Notes under the pieces: generated by a model | Database searches by the model: none | Told to the model about the DNA's origin: nothing | What the model saw: only the letters and a program-made list of their open reading frames with translations | Shown here: positions 9,770 to 18,931 of the stretch, piece by piece | How positions within the stretch are numbered: the stretch's first letter is position 1 | Layout of the letters: each line of letters starts with the position of its first letter | From: an uncultured Pseudomonadales bacterium | Lineage (GTDB): Bacteria > Patescibacteriota > Microgenomatia > UBA1400 > PJMF01 | Assembly: GCA_964637295.1 (NCBI GenBank) | Contig: CAZWWE010000002.1 | Span: 117,952 to 181,951, forward strand | Direction of reading: 5' to 3' | DNA: 64,000 bases | Translations under genes and position numbers: made by a program

Positions 9770-11374
9770 ATGCAAAACATTTTACTCATCATCGCTAGTT
9801 TTCTTTTGGCTTTTATTCCGCTTTATCCCAAAATCCCTCTTTTTGAAGCTATTCCTGGATACATTGTAAGAGTGAGACTCGAAGATATTTTGGTGCTCGT
9901 GGCTTTTTTGCTTTATTTGGTACAAATATTTAGAAAAAAAATTGATTTTAAAAACAAAGTTGCGCCCTGGATTTTTGCCTATCTTGGCGTAGCTAGTCTT
10001 TCTATCTTGTCAGCCATGTTCCTCATTAAAACTATTCCTTTAGAGCTGATTCATATTGGTAAATCTGTTTTGCATTTATTCAGATACACCGAGTATTTTG
10101 TCTTGTTTTTCCTGATGTTTTCTTCAATTAGAAAAGTCAAAGACGTTAAATTAGTGTTTTACACTTTGGCCTTTACTGTTTTAGCGATCACCATTTATGG
10201 TTACGGCCAAAGGTATTGGTACTGGCCGGTTTTCTCGACCATGAATCGTGAATTCAGTAAGGGTATGGTTTTGTATCTCACTGAACACGCTCGTGTGCAA
10301 TCAACTTTTGGTGGACATTATGATTTAGCTGCCTATTTAGTGATTGTTTTACCAATTTTCTATTTAATGGCGATTAATCTCAAAAATAAGTGGCAACGTT
10401 TTGGCCTTTGGCTCATACATTTGCTTGGTTTGTGGCTTCTAGTGATGAGCGCCTCACGCACTTCTTTCGCTGCTTATATTGGCGGAGTATTGGTTGGTTT
10501 AGGCTTTTTTGCGGCTTTACAAAAAAAATGGTATCAAAAAACTTGGTATTTTCTTAGAAAAAGTTTTGTTTATCTGTTCATTGTATCGGTGATGATGTAT
10601 TCCTTTGGCGACGACATGAGAGAAAGATTTGAACAGGTGCTGCGAGCCTATCCAGAGGTTTTTACTGTTTACGAAAATGTGCAAAAAACAGCCATTGAAC
10701 AAACTCATGATCTTAATGATTACTTTAAGAGACTTAGAGAAGGTAAAAAACCAGAAAATGGCGTTGCTTTTGACAACACCTTAACTCCTACCGATGAAGT
10801 ACCAGTTAGCACTCGACCAGTCGATGTTTATGTCGACGTGCCAGATACGGTGGCTGTAGTGGATGACAACAATGAGGTTACCTATGTAGAGAAACCGCGT
10901 ACTTGGTCAGCTAATGCCATGAAATATGGTCTATCTCTGGCTATTCGTTTAGACGAACTCTGGCCCAATGCGATCAAAGGCTTCATGCGCAATCCTTTGC
11001 TCGGTTCTGGTTTTGCTACTTTAAACAAAAAAGAATTTTTACAATTTACTGAAGCTGAAAGCACCGACAATAATTTCTTGCGTACTCTGGGTGAAACTGG
11101 TTTGCTGGGATTTATTACCTTTTATGGTGCAGTCACTGTTCTTTTAATGATACTTTATCAAAATCAAAAGCAAAGCCAAGATCAACAACTAAAAACTGCC
11201 AATCTTGCTTTCATCGCTGCTTCCATCGGCTTATTGCTCAACGCCAGCTACATCGATGTTTTTGCTTCTTCCAAAGTCGCTTTTACTTATTGGGCTCTAG
11301 CTGGAGCAATTTTGGCTTACAACCAACTTGCCATAGACAAACATGTTAAAAAAACTACTAAAAAAAGCTCTTAA
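9770..11374 (+). CDS. O-antigen ligase/polymerase-like (Wzy_C family) membrane protein with a ~150-aa soluble insertion
   Basis: Multiple TM helices. Conserved Wzy_C-like segment SASRTSFAAYIGGVLVGL. A large hydrophilic insert lies at residues ~285-420. Confidence 0.6.
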   Translation: MQNILLIIASFLLAFIPLYPKIPLFEAIPGYIVRVRLEDILVLVAFLLYLVQIFRKKIDFKNKVAPWIFAYLGVASLSILSAMFLIKTIPLELIHIGKSVLHLFRYTEYFVLFFLMFSSIRKVKDVKLVFYTLAFTVLAITIYGYGQRYWYWPVFSTMNREFSKGMVLYLTEHARVQSTFGGHYDLAAYLVIVLPIFYLMAINLKNKWQRFGLWLIHLLGLWLLVMSASRTSFAAYIGGVLVGLGFFAALQKKWYQKTWYFLRKSFVYLFIVSVMMYSFGDDMRERFEQVLRAYPEVFTVYENVQKTAIEQTHDLNDYFKRLREGKKPENGVAFDNTLTPTDEVPVSTRPVDVYVDVPDTVAVVDDNNEVTYVEKPRTWSANAMKYGLSLAIRLDELWPNAIKGFMRNPLLGSGFATLNKKEFLQFTEAESTDNNFLRTLGETGLLGFITFYGAVTVLLMILYQNQKQSQDQQLKTANLAFIAASIGLLLNASYIDVFASSKVAFTYWALAGAILAYNQLAIDKHVKKTTKKSS

Positions 11375-12782
11375 AAAAGAATCTTTTTTATTGGGTTTAA
11401 TTTTATTATTTGCCCTAGTTTTGCGTCTCTATCGAGTAAATAATCCTGTGGCTGATTGGCATGCTTTTCGTCAAGCCGACACGGCTTCTGTCACCAGAGA
11501 ATATGTGAAAGCCAATAAAATTGATTTACTGCGACCTCGCTATCAAGATTTATCCAATATCCAGTCTGGTTTTGATAATTTAGAAGGCTACCGCATGGTC
11601 GAATTTCCCTTTATCAATGGAGGACTGGCTCTTATCCTAAAAACATTTAAAAGTCTGGATTTAGTCCTTTTTAGTCGCTTAGCCTCAGTGTTTATTTCGC
11701 TACTGACTATTATGGTGATTTATCAACTAGTTAAAGAAATTTCAGGTCAAAAAACCGCTTTACTGAGTGCTCTCGTTTATGCTGTCTTGCCTTACAGTGT
11801 TTTTTATTCACGAGCTATTCTGCCAGAACCTTATTTTTTATTTTTTTCAACTTTTTCTATCTGGCAATTCTATTTATTTGTCAAAAATCGTGCTTGGACT
11901 GCGTATTTCTTGAGCATCATTGGTTTAGCTTTAGCAGCCTTACTCAAGCCTTTTGTAGTTTTCTTGGCTCCAGTTTTTCTGGCGATTATCTGGCAATTTC
12001 GTCAAAAAAAGCTTTTCTTGGATCCAAGAATTTATTTTTTGCCTTTTTTAGCTTTTGCACCCATGTTTATTTGGCGAGAGTGGATTAAAAATTTTCCAAC
12101 TGGCGTGCCCGCTTCTGACTGGTTATTCAACGGCAATGGCATTCGCTTGCAACCAGCCTGGTTTCGTTGGCTCTTTTATGAACGCCTGACTAAATTATTT
12201 TTAGGTTATTTTGGCGTGATTTTTTTATTAGCCAACTTGCTTAAAAAAAACAAAGACATGTTGATCTATGGCGCTTGGTGGCTGGGAGTTTTAATTTATT
12301 TTGTGGTCATCGCTACCGGCAACGTGCAACATGATTATTACCAAAATTTGATTCTACCCATTGTCGCCATTTCTGTCGCCAGAGGCATGATCATTTTGCT
12401 TAAAAAATTAAACAAAAAAATTTCTTTACCCATAACAATTTTACTCTTTGGACTAAGTATCTTTTTTGCCAGTAAACAAATTGCTGGCTATTTCAACGTT
12501 AATAACTGGGAATATCTTAAAGCTGGCACGGCTGTTGATCAGCTAGTAAACAAGGATGCTTTGGTGATTGCTCCTGCCATGGGCGATACACAATTTTTAT
12601 TTCAAACCAATCGTCGTGGTTGGCCCATTGGCTTTGAAATCGAAGACAAAATTAATAAGGGGGCTACAATTTATGTTTCTAGCAGTTATGATTGGGAAGC
12701 CAAAGAATTAGAAGCTAAGTATAAAGTTCTGGCTCATACCGATGATTACATTATTATTGATTTGAAAACTAAAAAACCATGA
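11343..12782 (+). CDS. GT-C fold membrane glycosyltransferase, ArnT/PMT-like (second copy)
   Basis: Multi-TM protein with a first extracytoplasmic loop FRQADTASVTREYVKANKIDLLRPRYQD, typical of PMT_2/ArnT-type enzymes that use polyprenyl-phosphate sugars. Confidence 0.7.
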   Translation: MLKKLLKKALKKESFLLGLILLFALVLRLYRVNNPVADWHAFRQADTASVTREYVKANKIDLLRPRYQDLSNIQSGFDNLEGYRMVEFPFINGGLALILKTFKSLDLVLFSRLASVFISLLTIMVIYQLVKEISGQKTALLSALVYAVLPYSVFYSRAILPEPYFLFFSTFSIWQFYLFVKNRAWTAYFLSIIGLALAALLKPFVVFLAPVFLAIIWQFRQKKLFLDPRIYFLPFLAFAPMFIWREWIKNFPTGVPASDWLFNGNGIRLQPAWFRWLFYERLTKLFLGYFGVIFLLANLLKKNKDMLIYGAWWLGVLIYFVVIATGNVQHDYYQNLILPIVAISVARGMIILLKKLNKKISLPITILLFGLSIFFASKQIAGYFNVNNWEYLKAGTAVDQLVNKDALVIAPAMGDTQFLFQTNRRGWPIGFEIEDKINKGATIYVSSSYDWEAKELEAKYKVLAHTDDYIIIDLKTKKP

Positions 12783-13978
12783 AAATATTGATGCTGACGC
12801 CTTATTTGCCTTATCCACTTCTGTCTGGTGGGCAAATCCGTACCTATAATCTGCTCAAGAAACTCAGTAACAAACACCAAATCACTTTATTTGCTCTAAT
12901 CAAAAACGAAGAAGAAAAACAATATGTCAGTGAATTGGAAAAATATTGTCACAAGGTCAGAGTTTTTAAACGCAGTGAAAAACCCTTTACCATAAAAAAT
13001 ATTTTTAAAACCGCTTTTTCTGGTTTTCCTTTTTTAGTCATTCGCAATCAAGCCGAAGGCAGTCTAGAAGCCATTAAAAAAGAAATCGCCAGAGAAAATT
13101 ATGATCTGATCCATGCTGAAACTTTTTACATGATGCCTCATATTCCTGAGTGCCAAATTCCAATTATTTTGGTAGAACAGACTATCGAATATTTAGGTTA
13201 TGAAAGTTATGCCAAAAAAGCACCTTTCTTTTTGAAACCTTTGCTCAATGCTGATGTGAAAAAAATTCATCTCTGGGAAAAACATTACTGGCAAAAAGCT
13301 GATCGTCTCATTGTCATGAGTGAAGAAGATCGCCAATTTATTGCCAAAGATCTAGATAAAGAAAAAATCGATGTGGTCGCCAATGGCGTCGATACCAAAT
13401 GGTTTGCCGAAAAGAAGCGTCAACTAGCTACGCGTCCTACCATTCTTTCTGTGGGCACTTTTAAATGGTTGCCCAATATTGAAGCGGTTGATTTTTTAGT
13501 CAGTCAAGTCTGGCCTTTGATTAAAAAAGCAGTTCACAACGCCAATCTTTTAATCGTTGGCAATGCGCCGACCGAAAAAGTCATTTCCTATGGCAAAAGT
13601 GATCCACAAATCACCGTTACTGGTCGAGTAGAAGATATTCGTGACGCCTTTGGCAGCGCCCATGTTTTACTTGCTCCAGTTTTTAGTGGCAAGGGCACTC
13701 GCTATAAGATTTTAGAAGCCATGGCTAGTGGCACTCCGGTGGTGGCCAGTAAAATCGCTGTAGAGGGTTTAAACATTACCGATGGCGTTCATCTTTTGAC
13801 CAGTAATCAAGCCACTGATCTAGCACATTTGACAGTTCGAGTCCTTAATGATAAAAATCTCTGGCAGAAACTTTCAAAAAATGGCAAAGAATTTGTGGCA
13901 AAAAATTACGATTGGGAATTAATTTCACAAAAATTAGATAGAATTTATCAAGAAATAGGAAATTATGCAAAAAAGTAA
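12779..13978 (+). CDS. glycosyltransferase family 1 (GT4-type)
   Basis: GT4 C-terminal fold: KGTRYKILEAMASGTPVVASKIAVEG. Confidence 0.75.
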   Translation: MKILMLTPYLPYPLLSGGQIRTYNLLKKLSNKHQITLFALIKNEEEKQYVSELEKYCHKVRVFKRSEKPFTIKNIFKTAFSGFPFLVIRNQAEGSLEAIKKEIARENYDLIHAETFYMMPHIPECQIPIILVEQTIEYLGYESYAKKAPFFLKPLLNADVKKIHLWEKHYWQKADRLIVMSEEDRQFIAKDLDKEKIDVVANGVDTKWFAEKKRQLATRPTILSVGTFKWLPNIEAVDFLVSQVWPLIKKAVHNANLLIVGNAPTEKVISYGKSDPQITVTGRVEDIRDAFGSAHVLLAPVFSGKGTRYKILEAMASGTPVVASKIAVEGLNITDGVHLLTSNQATDLAHLTVRVLNDKNLWQKLSKNGKEFVAKNYDWELISQKLDRIYQEIGNYAKK

Positions 13979-14855
13979 AGCTAAAATGGATTTGAGTATT
14001 ATCATTTTAAATTATAATGGCCAATTCTGGCTGAAAAAACTTCTACCAACACTCAAAAAAAACTATCTTGACAAGAGCAAATATCAAGTTGAACTAATTG
14101 TGGTTGATAACGCTAGTAGCGACGACTCAGTCAAGTTGATGCGTCGTGATTTTAAATGGGCCACTACTATTGAGTCGGGTCGTAATGGTGGCTTTGCTTT
14201 TGGTAACAATGTCGCCATCAAAGGTAATTCTGCCCGTTACGTGATGTTGCTTAATAGCGATACTGAATTTTTACCGAACGATCAATCTAATCTTGATCAA
14301 ATTATTGATTTTATGGATCAAAACACTGACGTAGCAATCACTTCGCCCAGAGTTGAATTGAGTGACGGCTCGCTTGATCCCGCTTCTCATCGCGGGGAAC
14401 CGACTCCTTGGGCCAGCTTAACTTATCTATTAGGACTCGAAAAACTATTTCCCAAATGCAAAATTTTTGCAGGATATCATCAAAGTTACAAAGATTTAAG
14501 CACTATCCATGAAGTTGATGCCTGTACTGGTGCCGCCATGGTGGTGCGCAATAGTGCCATTAAAGAAGTTGGCATGTTAGATGAAATTTTTTTCATGTAT
14601 GCAGAAGATTTAGACTGGTGTAAGCGTTTTCGTGATGCCGGCCATCGCATTGTTTTTTATCCCCGAATTAAAATCATTCATCATAAATATAAATCGGGTA
14701 TTAAAAGCAGTAATAAAAAAACTGCCTCCATTACTCAGCAATATTTTTATAAAACCATGTTGCAGTATTACGATAAACATTACAAAGATAAGTACCCTAA
14801 ATTTTTAAGGGAAATTGTCAGATATTTTGTCTTGATTAAAACTGATGGTCGCTAA
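13965..14855 (+). CDS. glycosyltransferase family 2
   Basis: LSIIILNYNG...VVDNASSDDS...GGFAFGNNVA...LLNSDTEF. Confidence 0.75.
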   Translation: MQKSKAKMDLSIIILNYNGQFWLKKLLPTLKKNYLDKSKYQVELIVVDNASSDDSVKLMRRDFKWATTIESGRNGGFAFGNNVAIKGNSARYVMLLNSDTEFLPNDQSNLDQIIDFMDQNTDVAITSPRVELSDGSLDPASHRGEPTPWASLTYLLGLEKLFPKCKIFAGYHQSYKDLSTIHEVDACTGAAMVVRNSAIKEVGMLDEIFFMYAEDLDWCKRFRDAGHRIVFYPRIKIIHHKYKSGIKSSNKKTASITQQYFYKTMLQYYDKHYKDKYPKFLREIVRYFVLIKTDGR

Positions 14856-15990
14856 AAAAAACTACACTATCGGCATTGATGCTCGTTTATCTGGCGATAA
14901 ACACGCTGGCATTGGACGTTATAGTGAAAATTTAATTAAAAGATTAATTAAGCTTGGTTTGAAGCAACAAAAAAAAATACCAGTTAAATTTGTTTTGTTT
15001 TTCTTTGATCTTGAGCAAGCCAAAACAGTCTTGGGCGAGCTTTATCAAAATAATAACCTAGAAATCATTGTCACTAGCATCAAACACTATGGCTTGGCGG
15101 AGCAATTTTGTTTACCCAAAATTTATCATCAGGCCAAATTGGATTTGCTTTATGTGCCTCACTGGAATGTGCCCATTTTTTATCGTGGCAAATTAGCCAT
15201 TACTATTCATGATTTACTCTGGCATGAACAAAAAGGCAAAGCGGCTACCACCCTCAAAGCCTGGCAATATTATTTGAAGTATTTGGCCTATCGCTACATT
15301 TGTAAAAAAATTGCTAAAAAAGCTCAAGTCATTTTTGTCCCTACTGAAACGATCAAAAAAACTGTCAGTAATTATTATCCCTTTGCGAAAAATAAGCTTA
15401 TCGTCAGCAAAGAGGGTTTGGCCAGTACTTATGAAAGCGCATTACATGTAAGCTCTACGCTCAATCGTCGTATCAAAAAACAATTAATTTATACTGGATC
15501 GCTCTATCCTCATAAAAACCTTAAAGTGGTGATTAAAAGTCTGAGCAAAATTCCTAAATACAAACTGCTCATTGCTTCTTCCAGAAATATTTTTCAAGAT
15601 CAAATTCAAGCGCTAGTGTCACGTTATAAAGTTAAAAAACAAGTAGTTTTTTTGGGCTATGTGCCTGATAAAAAATTACTTGCTCTTTATCAAGAATCGA
15701 CGGCTCTAGTTCAGCCTTCTTTTTCTGAAGGCTTTGGCTTAACCGGTATTGAAGCCATGGCTAGTGGCTTGCCGGTTTTAGCCTCAGATATCAAAGTTTT
15801 TAGAGAAATTTATCAAGATGCAGCTTTCTTTTTTGACCCTCATTCTTGTGAAGATTTTCTCAGAGCGCTCAATGAATTAGAGCTCAGTAATAGAAAACAG
15901 GCGATAGAAAAAGGTCATCAAATTGCCAATCAATACAGTTTTGACAAAATGGCAGGAGAAATCTGGACAGAATTGCAAAAGCAATTATGA
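14845..15990 (+). CDS. glycosyltransferase family 1 (GT4-type)
   Basis: SEGFGLTGIEAMASGLPVLASDIKVFREI. Confidence 0.75.
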   Translation: MVAKKNYTIGIDARLSGDKHAGIGRYSENLIKRLIKLGLKQQKKIPVKFVLFFFDLEQAKTVLGELYQNNNLEIIVTSIKHYGLAEQFCLPKIYHQAKLDLLYVPHWNVPIFYRGKLAITIHDLLWHEQKGKAATTLKAWQYYLKYLAYRYICKKIAKKAQVIFVPTETIKKTVSNYYPFAKNKLIVSKEGLASTYESALHVSSTLNRRIKKQLIYTGSLYPHKNLKVVIKSLSKIPKYKLLIASSRNIFQDQIQALVSRYKVKKQVVFLGYVPDKKLLALYQESTALVQPSFSEGFGLTGIEAMASGLPVLASDIKVFREIYQDAAFFFDPHSCEDFLRALNELELSNRKQAIEKGHQIANQYSFDKMAGEIWTELQKQL

Positions 15991-17165
15991 AAAATCGCAT
16001 TGCGCTCATTTATGATCGCGCCAATACTGCTTATGGTGGAGCAGAGCAAGTCCTCTTAGCTATTCAAAAAATTTATCCTGAAGCCACGCTTTTTAGTTCC
16101 GTCTATAATCCTCAAAAAGCTAAGTGGACTAAAAAATTTAAACAAGTCAAAACTTCTTTTCTGCAAAAGATACCTTTCGCTAGCAACTTTTATCGTTATT
16201 TGGTGGCACTTATGCCTCTTGCTTTTGAAAATTTAGACTTATCTACTTACGAAATAGTGATTTCTGTCACCAGCGCTGAAGCTAAAGGAGTGATTACTCG
16301 TAGAGATCAGCTACATCTTTGCTACTTACTCAGTCCACCTCGTTATCTTTATCACTATCAAGAACAATATTTGCATCAAAATCACCTTTTACGGCTACCA
16401 TTGATTAACTCTTTGACCAAATCTCTTCTAAGTTATTTAAAAAAATGGGACCAATCTGCAATTTTTCGTCCTGATTTGATCATTCCTATTGCTCAAATCG
16501 TCAAAAAGAGAGCAGAAAAATATTATCCACATATTGATTTGGCACCGGTCATTTATCCACCAATTAATACTACTTTAATAAAAAATTTTCCAAGTCAAGA
16601 CAAACCCATGATTAAGGGCAACTACTTACTTTTAGTGGGGCGGCTGGTGCCTTATAAAAACATTGCGGCCGCTATTTTGGCTTGCCAGCAAAGCCAAAAA
16701 AAATTGGTCATTGTTGGCGCTGGTCCTGAAGAAAAGCAACTCAAAAAACTCAATAAAAAACTTAACTCATCGCAAATCATTTTTAAAAAATATTTAGACG
16801 AGCAAAGTTTGGCTAATTTATACCAACATTGCCAAGCTGTTTTAAGTCCTGGTTTAGATGATTTTTCACTCGTGGCTTTAGAAGCAAATTTGTTTGGTAA
16901 ACCAGTCATTATCAATCGATTGGCAGGTGCCGCCGAATTAATTAAAAACGAAATTCATGGTTTACATTTACCCTACACGACCAAAGATTCAGAAGAAACC
17001 ATTGCTGCCAATTTGACCCAAAGCATCAAAAAACTAGAACATTTACGTTTTGAGCCCGCTTCACTTCGCAAAAATGCGTTAAAATATGATACAAATGAGT
17101 TTGTCCTTAATTTTGGTTCTGCTGTAAATAAAGCCTACCAAGCAAAAAAAGAAGGAAAATTATGA
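15987..17165 (+). CDS. glycosyltransferase family 1 (GT4-type), divergent
   Basis: GT-B architecture inferred from LVGRLVPYKNI ... SPGLDDFSLVALEANLFGKPVI. The match is weaker than for the other GT4 genes. Confidence 0.6.
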   Translation: MKNRIALIYDRANTAYGGAEQVLLAIQKIYPEATLFSSVYNPQKAKWTKKFKQVKTSFLQKIPFASNFYRYLVALMPLAFENLDLSTYEIVISVTSAEAKGVITRRDQLHLCYLLSPPRYLYHYQEQYLHQNHLLRLPLINSLTKSLLSYLKKWDQSAIFRPDLIIPIAQIVKKRAEKYYPHIDLAPVIYPPINTTLIKNFPSQDKPMIKGNYLLLVGRLVPYKNIAAAILACQQSQKKLVIVGAGPEEKQLKKLNKKLNSSQIIFKKYLDEQSLANLYQHCQAVLSPGLDDFSLVALEANLFGKPVIINRLAGAAELIKNEIHGLHLPYTTKDSEETIAANLTQSIKKLEHLRFEPASLRKNALKYDTNEFVLNFGSAVNKAYQAKKEGKL

Positions 17166-18265
17166 TCGATAAAAAACAAATTTACGCTGTGTTGCTAGCT
17201 GGAGGTGGCGGCACCAGACTTTGGCCCAAGTCTAGAACCAAAACTCCCAAACAATTTCTTAAATTAACTGGCAATCAAACTATGATGCAGATCGCTGCTG
17301 CTCGCATCAACAAGTTAGTTGATTGGGAAAATATCATTGTGGTAACTAATCAAATTTATCTGGAAGAAGTAAAAAAACAATTGCCAGAAATTAAAGTAGA
17401 AAACATTATTGCTGAGCCAGAAAAACGCGATACAGCTGCAGCGATGCTAGTTGGGGCACTTTATGCTAAAAGTAAAAACGAAAATGCAGTGGTCATTAAT
17501 GCTGCTTCCGATCACATTGTTGATAATATGCCCGAATTTATCAAAGTGATGAATGCTGCTGTTGAAACGGCAGCTGAAAATCCCTATCTTGTCACCATTG
17601 GCATTACTCCTGCTTATCCCACCAGTGCTTTTGGCTACATTAAAGTTGGCCGCGATCTAAAAAAGATTAAACGTGATTTAATGCTTTTTAAAGTCGATAG
17701 TTTTACTGAAAAGCCAAATTTAGCGACTGCGATTGCTTTTATTTCTACCGGTGCTTATTTCTGGAATGCCAACATGTATGTTTGGTCAGCCAAAGAACTC
17801 AAGAGTGCTTTTGCGCGCTTTATGCCTGATATGTTGGCTCTGTGTCAAGAATTAGATCAATTGGACAGTAAAAAATTTCATCAAGCGCTGCCACAAATTT
17901 ATAAAAACATTGAAAGCATTTCCATTGATTATGCCATTAGCGAAAAAGCTGAAAATTTGGTTTTAATTCCAGGCGATTTCGGCTGGAATGATGTCGGCGA
18001 TTGGAAAGTGGTTTATGATTTGGGTAAAAAAGACCTCTCTGGCAACGTGATGTTGGGTGATAAAAAAGAAATTCGCGCACTGTCGGTCAATGCTCATAGA
18101 AATCTTATTCATACTGACGGGCGTTTAGTAGCCGTCTGCGGCGTTGACGATTTAATTATTATTGATACTGAAGAAATTTTAATGGTTTGTCCCAAGAGCA
18201 AGAGTCAAGACGTTAAAAAGCTGGTCGAACGACTTAAAGAAGAAAATAAAAAAGAATATTTATAA
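17162..18265 (+). CDS. manC: mannose-1-phosphate guanylyltransferase (GDP-mannose pyrophosphorylase)
   Basis: N-terminal nucleotidyltransferase signature AVLLAGGGGTRLWPKSRTKTPKQFL. Length 367 aa. Confidence 0.8.
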   Translation: MIDKKQIYAVLLAGGGGTRLWPKSRTKTPKQFLKLTGNQTMMQIAAARINKLVDWENIIVVTNQIYLEEVKKQLPEIKVENIIAEPEKRDTAAAMLVGALYAKSKNENAVVINAASDHIVDNMPEFIKVMNAAVETAAENPYLVTIGITPAYPTSAFGYIKVGRDLKKIKRDLMLFKVDSFTEKPNLATAIAFISTGAYFWNANMYVWSAKELKSAFARFMPDMLALCQELDQLDSKKFHQALPQIYKNIESISIDYAISEKAENLVLIPGDFGWNDVGDWKVVYDLGKKDLSGNVMLGDKKEIRALSVNAHRNLIHTDGRLVAVCGVDDLIIIDTEEILMVCPKSKSQDVKKLVERLKEENKKEYL

Positions 18266-18271
18266 AAATAT

Positions 18272-18898
18272 ATGTCTTACGATCAACAAAAAAGAATTTT
18301 GGATTTATTTGTCGCCAGCATTTTAATTATTGCCTTTTTACCTTTTTGGTTACTCATTCCCATTTTAATTTTTTTCGATTCAGGTTGGCCAGTGATTTTT
18401 ACCCATAAAAGAGTCGGCAAAGACGGTATTGATTTTGAATTATATAAATTTCGTTCCATGGTTTTAAATGCGGATGAAATTTTACATCAAAAAAACCATC
18501 AATTACTGCGAAAATTCAAAAATGGTGATTGGAAAATTGCTGCTAAAGATGATCCGCGTATTACTCCTCTAGGCAGATTTTTGCGCTCTTTTACTATTGA
18601 CGAATTTCCTCAGCTTTTTAATGTCCTTAAAGGACAAATGAGCATGGTCGGTCCCAGAGCTTACGTGCGCAAAGAGTTGGAGGAACAAAGCAAAAAATAT
18701 CCACAAACTAAACAATACATTCCTCACATTCTTTCTGTTAAACCAGGTATTACTGGCCCCTGGCAAACTAGTGGCCGCAATGAAATTCCTTTTGCCAAGC
18801 GAGCACAAATGGATGCAGAATACGCCAATAATCAAAATATTATGCAAGACATCCGTATTTTATTGCGCACCCCCAAAGCCATGTTGTCGAAGTGGTAG
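18272..18898 (+). CDS. polyprenyl-phosphate sugar phosphotransferase (bacterial sugar transferase, WbaP/PglC-like small PHPT)
   Basis: Re-entrant N-terminal helix, then KRVGKDG..F..YKFRSM and DEFPQLFNVLKGQMSMVGPRA. Confidence 0.85.
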   Translation: MSYDQQKRILDLFVASILIIAFLPFWLLIPILIFFDSGWPVIFTHKRVGKDGIDFELYKFRSMVLNADEILHQKNHQLLRKFKNGDWKIAAKDDPRITPLGRFLRSFTIDEFPQLFNVLKGQMSMVGPRAYVRKELEEQSKKYPQTKQYIPHILSVKPGITGPWQTSGRNEIPFAKRAQMDAEYANNQNIMQDIRILLRTPKAMLSKW

Positions 18899-18931
18899 TC
18901 TGTCACACAACCATCTGCTATACTTTTAATT

